Shown here: in pieces, positions 56,752 through 64,000 of the stretch
How positions within the stretch are numbered: position 1 is the stretch's first letter
Layout of the letters: each line of letters starts with the position of its first letter
DNA from: a virus
Lineage: Duplodnaviria > Caudoviricetes
DNA: 64,000 bases
Strand: one strand, 5' to 3'
Virus record (IMG/VR): IMGVR_UViG_3300020112_000604
Coordinates: 1-64,000 of that record
Translations under genes and position numbers: made by a program
The notes under the pieces: model-generated
The model's input: only the letters and a program-made list of their open reading frames with translations
What the model was told of the DNA's origin: nothing
The model's database searches: none

Positions 56752-58002
56752 TTACTTTTTATCGTCGTCTTTTTCTTCAGCTTCAGCATCTACAGTTCCA
56801 TAAGGAATACCAGTTGCCGGATTAACCTTGAGGTCTGTACAGAATCTTGTAAAGAGTAAATAGCACTGTCGATAGAATGATGCAATGGCATTTGTTGCAT
56901 TACCAACGAGTGTAATATATGACTGAGCGATCTCAGAAGCTGATTCTACGAACTGAGCAGCAACTGATTCATTGCTGTGCTTCTCAATTTCAACGCTCTT
57001 CTGAATAATAAGATTTGTAAACTTAGTATCCAGTGAAGCCTGCATCTGTTTTACACGTTCGGTATTAGAACCGCATATAAGTAAGAACTCTGTGATGTTT
57101 TCGAGATTGTATACAGGGTCTTTAAGCAGATTAACTTCACCGTCAGCATCTCTGTCAGATGAAAGAACTGGAGCAACAGCTGATAACTTGGACATCATTT
57201 TTCTGTTGTACTTGTCAAGATCATCAACACTCTTACGATATGTCTTAGCACTCTTATCAGAGAACTTCTGTGAGCCTTTATTATCGTCGTTTGCGGCTCT
57301 CTTATCAGCTTCTCCGGCGTAATCTATAGAGTCGCCGTATCCGTCGAGGAATTTCTTAAATGCGTTGAGTGTATCTGATGAATTGAGAATGAATCCTGTC
57401 TTAACGATATCCATGTTTACAGAGAATCTCATACCTGTAAGTTTCTGAATTGCGGCCCTTTCGATTTCGTCCTGCTTACGGATAGATTTAATCTTTGATA
57501 TAACCTGCTTAGCTCCGTTAATGTCTTTATTCTTTGATAAAGCTTTCACGAGTCTCTGAATCAGTTTGTCAATAGCTTCTCTAATCTTTTCAATAAGATG
57601 CTGAATGACTCTCTTGATATTTCTCTTAATCTTATTGACACGGTCTTTATTTACATCATAACCGCCGCTCTTAGAAGAGTCATCTTTCTTTTCTTCTTCT
57701 TTATTGTCGTCTTTCTTTTCTTCATCAGCTTCGTTGAACACAGCGAGGAAGCTAGGATCAGCAAGAAGAAGATCTCTATTTTCTGTAACGAAGTTTAACT
57801 CGTCTTTACCGAGTTCTCTAACGAAAGCATTTACGCCTTCCTGAATCTGAGTACAGTATTTAGCAGCAATCCATTCTGGATCATCGCCTACTGCGAATGT
57901 AGTCATTGTTGGGTGATATTCCTGCACTGATTCAGTAACAGTATTTTCTTCCTGAACTGATGAGCTATACTTAGCTTTAAAGTCTGAGTTAAAAATTCCC
58001 AT
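56752..58002 (-). CDS. phiKZ-type internal head protein paralog
   Basis: N-terminal propeptide similar to the next gene (MGIF...TFxVGDxxEWxAA...); FNEA, then KIKRNIKRVIQHLIEKIREAIDKL. Confidence 0.65.
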   Translation of the reverse strand: MGIFNSDFKAKYSSSVQEENTVTESVQEYHPTMTTFAVGDDPEWIAAKYCTQIQEGVNAFVRELGKDELNFVTENRDLLLADPSFLAVFNEADEEKKDDNKEEEKKDDSSKSGGYDVNKDRVNKIKRNIKRVIQHLIEKIREAIDKLIQRLVKALSKNKDINGAKQVISKIKSIRKQDEIERAAIQKLTGMRFSVNMDIVKTGFILNSSDTLNAFKKFLDGYGDSIDYAGEADKRAANDDNKGSQKFSDKSAKTYRKSVDDLDKYNRKMMSKLSAVAPVLSSDRDADGEVNLLKDPVYNLENITEFLLICGSNTERVKQMQASLDTKFTNLIIQKSVEIEKHSNESVAAQFVESASEIAQSYITLVGNATNAIASFYRQCYLLFTRFCTDLKVNPATGIPYGTVDAEAEEKDDDKK

Positions 58003-58081
58003 ATTAAGGTTCCTCCTTTATGCTTATAAAAGGATCCGTGTCATCTAAGACACGGATCCAATACATTTATTTATGGATTGA

Positions 58082-59572
58082 TTAGATAATAGCGTTGAAA
58101 GCGCCGAGGAAATCGAAGTCTTCTTCTTTTACAGATTCTTCTTTCTTTTCTTCCTTAGCTGGTTCTTCCTTCTTGTCTTCAGCCTTTGCGTCCTTCTTGT
58201 CTTCGGAATCTCCTTCAACCTTGAATCCGGAAACAAGCTTTGTAGCAACGTTTCTTGTTTCGCCAAGGTATCCACACATAGCCTGAGCAAGACCACCTGC
58301 AGCTGCAACGTATACTGAATGGATTTCAGAAATGAGTGACTGAGCCTTTGTAACGTTAGCATAGCCGTTTGATGTGAAGTTTATACCGATCTGCGTCATG
58401 TGAGCTTCGAGTCCTTCGAGAACCTTCTTGATTCTTGCTTCCATGTTGTTGAGAGCCTTAACAGCCTTAGCCTGAGCCTTAGGGCCTGATTCAAGAGCTG
58501 AAATGATTGTATCAATCTTCCAGATGCCTGATTCTGTATAAGGATTGCCGAGAGGATGGAGAACACCAGAATAAACTGCATAAACCGCACTCTGTGAAGC
58601 CTCGATATCTGTTGAAGAAATACCAAAAGCCTTAAGAATTGTACCCTTAACATCTGTAGCTTCTTCAGCTTCGAGGATGAAAGATTCGTTCTTAGCTTCT
58701 TCCTTCTTTTCTTCCTTAGCTGCTTCTTCTTTCTTTTCTTCAGCCGGCTTTTCCTTAGCTTTATAATTGTCAACCTGGCCACCGAGCCTATCGATAGCAG
58801 CGAAGTCTACGATAGAATCCCAACCGTCGATCTTTGTGATCTTTTCGTCCCAACCGTGTACCTTCATACCGGCAGCGATGTCAGCGTTCTTCTTTGGTTC
58901 AGGGTCATCCTTGCCCTTCTTAAGAGCTGCAACGATCTTCTTAACGGCAGCATCGTCCTTAATCTTAGATATGAGATTGACAACCTTCTGTCTAAGTTTT
59001 TTGAAGAATTCGATAACGGCAGAGATAACCTTCTTGATGAATACAACGATCTTTGTGTTAGCAAACTTTGAGCCTGAGCCAGCCTGAACGTCAGCAGAAA
59101 GAGCTGTCTTTGGCTCTTCGGCCTTTTCTTCAGCTTTTTCGTCCTTCTTTTCTTCAGTCTTTTCCTCGTCAGCTTCGTTTACAGCCTTAGACTTACCACT
59201 GCATACAGGACAATCCTTCTTACCGCATTCGCACTTGCCTTCTTCTTTGCAAGCCTTCTTGCATGATTCCTCGAATTCTGCTTCAGCAGCAGCTGCAGCT
59301 TCTTTGAGTTCTTCTTCTGTAAGTGGCTCATATTCAACTTCGAGACCTGTTGATTCTGTGTATGCGAGTTCCATAACACCCATGTCCTGAAGGAACTGGT
59401 TAGCAGCTTCTTCTACTGTAGCTGTGTTTGTAGCAGCCATCCATTCAAAAGAATCTCCGACTGTGAATGTTTCGTTTGTTACTGTGAATTCTGTAGCTTC
59501 GTTAGCTACTGACTTTGCGGCATTTTCGAGCATAGCTTTCATGCCGTTAGCACCTGTTGAAAAAATACCCAT
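58082..59572 (-). CDS. phiKZ-type internal head protein paralog
   Basis: VNEA followed by KIVVFIKKVISAVIEFFKKL; K/E-rich linkers; Cys cluster in the propeptide. Confidence 0.65.
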   Translation of the reverse strand: MGIFSTGANGMKAMLENAAKSVANEATEFTVTNETFTVGDSFEWMAATNTATVEEAANQFLQDMGVMELAYTESTGLEVEYEPLTEEELKEAAAAAEAEFEESCKKACKEEGKCECGKKDCPVCSGKSKAVNEADEEKTEEKKDEKAEEKAEEPKTALSADVQAGSGSKFANTKIVVFIKKVISAVIEFFKKLRQKVVNLISKIKDDAAVKKIVAALKKGKDDPEPKKNADIAAGMKVHGWDEKITKIDGWDSIVDFAAIDRLGGQVDNYKAKEKPAEEKKEEAAKEEKKEEAKNESFILEAEEATDVKGTILKAFGISSTDIEASQSAVYAVYSGVLHPLGNPYTESGIWKIDTIISALESGPKAQAKAVKALNNMEARIKKVLEGLEAHMTQIGINFTSNGYANVTKAQSLISEIHSVYVAAAGGLAQAMCGYLGETRNVATKLVSGFKVEGDSEDKKDAKAEDKKEEPAKEEKKEESVKEEDFDFLGAFNAII

Positions 59573-59644
59573 AATAAAATTCCTCCTTTATTACAAATAC
59601 ATATAAAACGTAGTGAGCTAAGTGCTCACTACGTTATTTTTTAC

Positions 59645-60760
59645 TTATGCGAGAGCAGATTCAGCTTCGAATTCTACGAGGTTAGCAGCTTCGATATATG
59701 ACTCTTCACCGATAACACTGTAGAGGTTAGCGAAGTCGATAGCTTCTTCAACGAATTCGAATCCTTCGTTCTTAGCTGTCTCCTTAGCTTCCTTCTTGTC
59801 TGAGCCCTTAGCCTTGTAAGAAACTGCAGCCATGAATACCTTACGTCCCTGGATAGCAGCCTTCTTAGCAGCATTGATTCTTGCTGTTGTGAATGTGATA
59901 ACTTCTGACTGGAACTTAGAAGCAGCAGCAACTGCACAACCTGCAGCAGCTTCAGCCTTATCTCCAGCTTCCTTAGCCTGATCAGACATATTCTTTGATG
60001 TAGCCTTTGTTACAGACTTTTCGATTTCAGAAGCTTTCTTCTTAGCTGACTTAACGAGGTTGTTAGCAGCAGCTTCTGTTGTCTTGTTGTTCTTGATGAA
60101 TGCAGCGAGGAGGCTCTTTGAGAGTGATTCCTTAACCCATCCGTCAACTGTAGCTGTGATTTCAGCTTCTGCAGCAAAGCATGTATCGAAAGCTTCGTCA
60201 GCTGACTTGCCTTCCTTAGCTGAAATGTATGCTGATGGGAAGCACTTGCTTACCATTTCTGCAGCAACAGCGTCAGCTTCCTTACCGTCACAGTTACCGA
60301 TGATATCGAGTGTCCACTGAGCCGGAGCAACGCCTGACATGCTGAAGTACTTGTTTACATCAAATACTCTTGCCTTAACCTTGCAGCCTGAGAGATCCTT
60401 ACCGTTAAGAACCTTTGCATACTGTTTGTAAAGCTTATCACCGTCTGCGAAGAATGCTGTCATCTTTGCAGTAGCTGTAGCGATGATACCCTTGATCTTT
60501 GCAACGAGCTTTTCGAAAATCTTAACGATTGAATCCCAGATTCCCTTAACTGTAGCTTCGTTGATAGCTTCACGCTGTTCCCATTCTTCAGAAAGAACAG
60601 ACTGAATGTCGTTTGTGATTACGCTTACGAAAAGCGCCTGGTCATTTTCCTTAGCTTCATGAAGAGCTCTAGCGCATCCTGAGATGCCACCGTAACTCAT
60701 ATCAGCTTCGATGTCGCTTGCTTCGAGAGCAACGCATCTATTGTTACCAAAAATAGCCAT
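59645..60760 (-). CDS. phiKZ-type internal head protein paralog (probably the most abundant)
   Basis: INEA followed by GIWDSIVKIFEKLVAKIKGII; strongest codon bias of the array; late promoter AACA-TTATGA-TA (60834-60845); SD before ATG 60760. Confidence 0.7.
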   Translation of the reverse strand: MAIFGNNRCVALEASDIEADMSYGGISGCARALHEAKENDQALFVSVITNDIQSVLSEEWEQREAINEATVKGIWDSIVKIFEKLVAKIKGIIATATAKMTAFFADGDKLYKQYAKVLNGKDLSGCKVKARVFDVNKYFSMSGVAPAQWTLDIIGNCDGKEADAVAAEMVSKCFPSAYISAKEGKSADEAFDTCFAAEAEITATVDGWVKESLSKSLLAAFIKNNKTTEAAANNLVKSAKKKASEIEKSVTKATSKNMSDQAKEAGDKAEAAAGCAVAAASKFQSEVITFTTARINAAKKAAIQGRKVFMAAVSYKAKGSDKKEAKETAKNEGFEFVEEAIDFANLYSVIGEESYIEAANLVEFEAESALA

Positions 60761-60865
60761 AATTAGAATTCCTCCTTTAATAAGTATATATTCCATTTCG
60801 AAATGTAATATACCCTGAGGTGAGCTCAGGATTTATCATAATGTTCTTGAAATACATACTATATG

Positions 60866-62209
60866 TTAAAATAATGCTGATGTAATTGCGTCAGGAGCGG
60901 TTGAAACGACGTCGTCTGCCTTAAGTTTCTTGCGTTCACTTACGAGTGCGTTCGATGCCTGACGTTCTGCTGACTTGTTATCAACAGCAATCTTTTCTGA
61001 TATTGTACGGAACTTAGCTGCCACAGCAACCTGCTTTTCAGCAACCTTCTTAGCGTCCTGCCCAGTCTTTACAAGACCGCTACCAGATTCGATATTGTAT
61101 GCGTTAAGTTCAAGAATATTACTCTGAGCCTCGAAGTAATCTGAAACCTTAACTCTTGAATAGTAATAAAGGAATACGAGTTCCTTAATACATGGAATGA
61201 TAGCAAGAATTGCCACGATAGCTCCGATAGGTGCCAGAGCTACAAGTGAGCCAGAGAAGTTCTTAACGTTTTCTCTGAGGCATGCTTCGATACACTTATC
61301 AACAGCTCCCTTATCACAAGCAGCGTTGAATTTTTCAAGTGATTCGAATACCATGTGATCTTTTGACTTATTGAGAGCACCTCTGTCGACAACGATATCA
61401 AACTTATCAGCTGTTGGACTCTTAATAAAGTCGATGCACATTGAAAGCATGTATGTAGTAGACTGAATTAATGCCAGAACGATTGTGTTGTAGATTACCA
61501 TTGGGAATTCAATGTTGAGGTTATAAGAACGAACCCAAGATTTTGTTCTTGATTCGATATTGTTCATAGCCTTAACAAGAGTTGTAATCTGTGACGAACC
61601 TTCGTTGTAGTGCTTAAGTACTTCTGTCATAAGCTGAATGCAATCCTTAAGTGAACCGTAGTTCGGAAGCTTTGTGATATCGCCGCGTGTTCTCGGAATT
61701 TCACCAAAGTCGATGTCATCGATTCTGTCGATGATTGTTTCGTACAGTCTTGATGTAAGACTGATACCCATTCTATCCTGTTCAGCTTCGTTCATAGCAA
61801 ACAGAACCTTTCGAGTTGTGTTGTCTTCAAGGTCCATGTATTCATAAATCATTTCATTGAATTCCGGAGTTCTCTCGATTCCTGAAAGGTCGAGCTGACT
61901 GTATGCGGATTCGTTAATCTTGAAGATTGATTTGTTCTTCTGAGCCTCGGTTTCATCAGCCTTAGCTTTCTTAACGATTGTAGGATCAGCACTGAAGTCC
62001 TTAGAGTTGTTAACTTCCGGCTTAATTGAATCGTATGAATAATCATCAAGTAATTTCTTTGTGCCGGTCTTACCAGCATCAGCATCCTTGACGTGTTCAA
62101 GTTCTTTATTTGTGTACTTGTTACCAGCCTTTTCTAATTCGTTAGCACCGAAACCAGAAAGACTGATTCCTTCATTAATAGCTGAGCCTGTCTTATTGCT
62201 ATATATCAT
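60866..62209 (-). CDS. Virion (head) protein with a C-terminal hydrophobic helix
   Basis: INEG, INES and MNEA motifs; LVALAPIGAIVAILAIIPCI. Confidence 0.55.
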   Translation of the reverse strand: MIYSNKTGSAINEGISLSGFGANELEKAGNKYTNKELEHVKDADAGKTGTKKLLDDYSYDSIKPEVNNSKDFSADPTIVKKAKADETEAQKNKSIFKINESAYSQLDLSGIERTPEFNEMIYEYMDLEDNTTRKVLFAMNEAEQDRMGISLTSRLYETIIDRIDDIDFGEIPRTRGDITKLPNYGSLKDCIQLMTEVLKHYNEGSSQITTLVKAMNNIESRTKSWVRSYNLNIEFPMVIYNTIVLALIQSTTYMLSMCIDFIKSPTADKFDIVVDRGALNKSKDHMVFESLEKFNAACDKGAVDKCIEACLRENVKNFSGSLVALAPIGAIVAILAIIPCIKELVFLYYYSRVKVSDYFEAQSNILELNAYNIESGSGLVKTGQDAKKVAEKQVAVAAKFRTISEKIAVDNKSAERQASNALVSERKKLKADDVVSTAPDAITSALF

Positions 62210-62226
62210 AATTCATTCACCTCCAA

Positions 62227-63582
62227 TTATCTCATCTTTGACATGAGGTTAACGATCTTCTTGTATGAATCATCCTTTGATTCTCTTTCGAGTCCGCGGA
62301 ATGACATGGATTCGAATCCGTCATCTGTGCCTGTGTCGTAGAGGAACTGAGCGATTTCCATAGACTCATCAACAACGGCAATACACATAAGGTTAAAGCT
62401 TTCAAGAAGCAGCCTTGCTGTGTTTGTTTTCATGATATTGATATTAGCCTGTTTCTGAATGTCTTCAACAACGTTGCTTGAAAGTACAAGAGTTGTGATA
62501 GCAGTACAGTCATTAGCTTTACGCATTAAACGCTTAGCCTTAGACTTAGCAGCACGTCTTTCAAGAACCTTCCACATCTTGTTTGACTTACCCATAGAAC
62601 CGAAGCTCTTAGCATCGATCTTAGCCTTGTCAATAGCAAGAACGAAATCCTTCATGAATGAGATTTCCGAAGTTGTAGCCTTTACGAGATTGATGAGCCA
62701 GTTCTTATCCTGAGCCTTAGATACAAGATGGTTGATTACATCCATGTATTCTACCGGATAGAGTTTGCACTTAACGCCGATAACAGCTGTTCTTGTGCAT
62801 ACTGGGTCGCCAGAAGCTGATGTCTGAACAAAGTTTACAGTCATCATTGTAGGCATGAGTTCGTTTGCCTTCTTAATATCAGAAGGGAGAATAAGTTCCT
62901 TTGGAACTTCGACTCTCATATTGAGAGGTGTCTTTTTATATTCTCTGTATTCTTCTGAATCCTTGTCAACTGGACGTGGAATTGTGTTTGGAGCGATAGG
63001 ATCGTTCCATGTACCGGCAGCTTCTGAAACAGTTGTACCAGCCCAAGTATTTTCAACAATGAAATCCTTGAGAGCACGTCTATTTTCTTCAGAAGCAAGA
63101 ACTGAAGATGAAAGCGATTCACAGAGAGCTTTCTGCATAGCATACTGAAGACCAGCATCCTCAAGGTCTACTCCCTTATAGTCTTCGCCAACAATTCTAT
63201 CAGCAACGCCGATATAATCGTCAAGAGACATATCGAGTCTTGATGTGTTGTTATGGAACTGACCAAGGAATCCCATAACGTTTCCATCTGAAGCAGCATT
63301 ATAGTCTCTTACAGAGAAGAGCATCTGCAGCATTGAAGCACATTTCTTTTCCTGTGCACTCATGATCATCGTAGCCGTGTTAATGCTAATGTCTGATGAA
63401 ACAAGGATAGGGAATGTAAGAATAAGGTCCTTTGTAGCTGAAGAGATAGACTTCATATAAGATGAACTACCACCAGCAGTTACATTCCAGCCTTTGTCTT
63501 TGAGATCTTTAACGTCATCGATGATATCGAAAATATCAGCAAGAATACTTTCGTGGATAACGTCGTAATTTATTTCGTTCAT
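62227..63582 (-). CDS. Conserved virion structural protein of phiKZ/AR9-like phages
   Basis: IHES at the N-terminus; SISSATKDLILTFPILVS block; late promoter AACA-TATCTA-TA (63610-63621). Confidence 0.55.
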   Translation of the reverse strand: MNEINYDVIHESILADIFDIIDDVKDLKDKGWNVTAGGSSSYMKSISSATKDLILTFPILVSSDISINTATMIMSAQEKKCASMLQMLFSVRDYNAASDGNVMGFLGQFHNNTSRLDMSLDDYIGVADRIVGEDYKGVDLEDAGLQYAMQKALCESLSSSVLASEENRRALKDFIVENTWAGTTVSEAAGTWNDPIAPNTIPRPVDKDSEEYREYKKTPLNMRVEVPKELILPSDIKKANELMPTMMTVNFVQTSASGDPVCTRTAVIGVKCKLYPVEYMDVINHLVSKAQDKNWLINLVKATTSEISFMKDFVLAIDKAKIDAKSFGSMGKSNKMWKVLERRAAKSKAKRLMRKANDCTAITTLVLSSNVVEDIQKQANINIMKTNTARLLLESFNLMCIAVVDESMEIAQFLYDTGTDDGFESMSFRGLERESKDDSYKKIVNLMSKMR

Positions 63583-63625
63583 AGACTTACCTCCTTATGA
63601 AATTATCATTATAGATATGTTTTCA

Positions 63626-63660
63626 GAAAAAAATAAAAGGGCTCTTTTTAAGAGCCCTTT
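63626..63660 (-). terminator. Intrinsic terminator
   Basis: AAAGGGCTCTT-TTT-AAGAGCCCTTT with a minus-strand T-run. Confidence 0.7.
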
Positions 63661-63668
63661 CGAGGGGA

Positions 63669-63998
63669 TTAGTATGCGTAGAAAAGGTTTTCGCCGATTG
63701 CCGGTGTATAAGTAATTTTTCTTACGAGTCTTGGGAACTGTGTTTCCGCTCTGAGTTCAGGCTGTGGCAGAACCTTGTATGCAGTATGGTTCCAAAGGTC
63801 GACTTCGCCATTCAGCAAGAAGCAGCGGTGTGACATTTCCATTGAAAGATAACCTTCGATTATAGCATCATAGCATATTTCCGTAGGAGTTGTACCAGTA
63901 CGCTGCATAAAGCATGTACAATTGTTCAGGTCGTAATCCACGATAGCACCAGCAATGTAAATCGGCATATAATCGTGGAATTTACCTGTTAAGAATTC
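63669..63998 (-). CDS. 3' part of a gene extending beyond the window; weak resemblance to gamma-glutamylcyclotransferase-like phage proteins
   Basis: The frame is open to the window edge; FM...PT..CYDAIIEGY resembles the C-terminal P..Y...I.EGY of that family. Confidence 0.35.
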   Translation of the reverse strand, partial: EFLTGKFHDYMPIYIAGAIVDYDLNNCTCFMQRTGTTPTEICYDAIIEGYLSMEMSHRCFLLNGEVDLWNHTAYKVLPQPELRAETQFPRLVRKITYTPAIGENLFYAY

Positions 63999-64000
63999 TT

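Noticed and set aside
358-63164. Numerous 60-180-aa ORFs overlapping the long genes on the opposite strand or in shifted frames (e.g. 27064..27612, 47854..48369, 10678..11115)
   Set aside because: They are shadow ORFs produced by the codon bias of the real genes. They lack SD or promoter context and have Ser/Leu-rich, non-protein-like composition.
1-64000. CRISPR array, tRNA genes, rRNA, integrase or transposase
   Set aside because: No regularly spaced repeats, cloverleaf/T-loop signatures or recombinase motifs were recognised. The intergenic hairpins fit terminators or leaders better.
1-64000. Stop-codon reassignment, as seen in some gut jumbo phages
   Set aside because: Coding density is high with code 11, and TAA, TGA and TAG all end genes at sensible boundaries.

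Overview
This is a 64-kb segment of a jumbo myophage of the phiKZ/AR9(PBS1)-like type, meaning a phage with its own split multisubunit RNA polymerases. Strong AGGAGG/GGAGGT ribosome-binding sites and BspA-type LRR proteins point to a Firmicute host, probably clostridial (inference). The standard genetic code is used. From left to right the window holds: two giant BspA/TpLRR-repeat proteins (candidate adhesins or fibres); early-gene cassettes; a beta' C-terminal RNA polymerase subunit next to an SF2 helicase; a head module (HExxH metallopeptidase, major capsid protein, acidic scaffold-like protein, internal proteins); the N-terminal half of a split family-B DNA polymerase; portal, tail tube and a tail sheath with an insertion; a small stand-alone beta' C-terminal fragment (probable virion RNAP subunit); and six tandem phiKZ-type internal head protein paralogs. 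Two phage promoter classes can be read directly: early TTRTATAYTAT (6 copies) and late AAC(A/T)-N6-TA (about 18 copies). The most novel features are non-coding. (1) A three-copy early 5' leader has compensatory-varying stems, an invariant GCAUC/GAUGC kissing-loop pair and a hairpin enclosing the Shine-Dalgarno (SD). (2) A roughly 100-nt small RNA candidate driven by a late promoter has an exposed CCUCCUAAGU that is the exact complement of that leader's SD loop. (3) A hairpin-dense 467-bp intergenic region contains a second ncRNA candidate. All protein family calls come from motif recognition by eye; no database searches were run.
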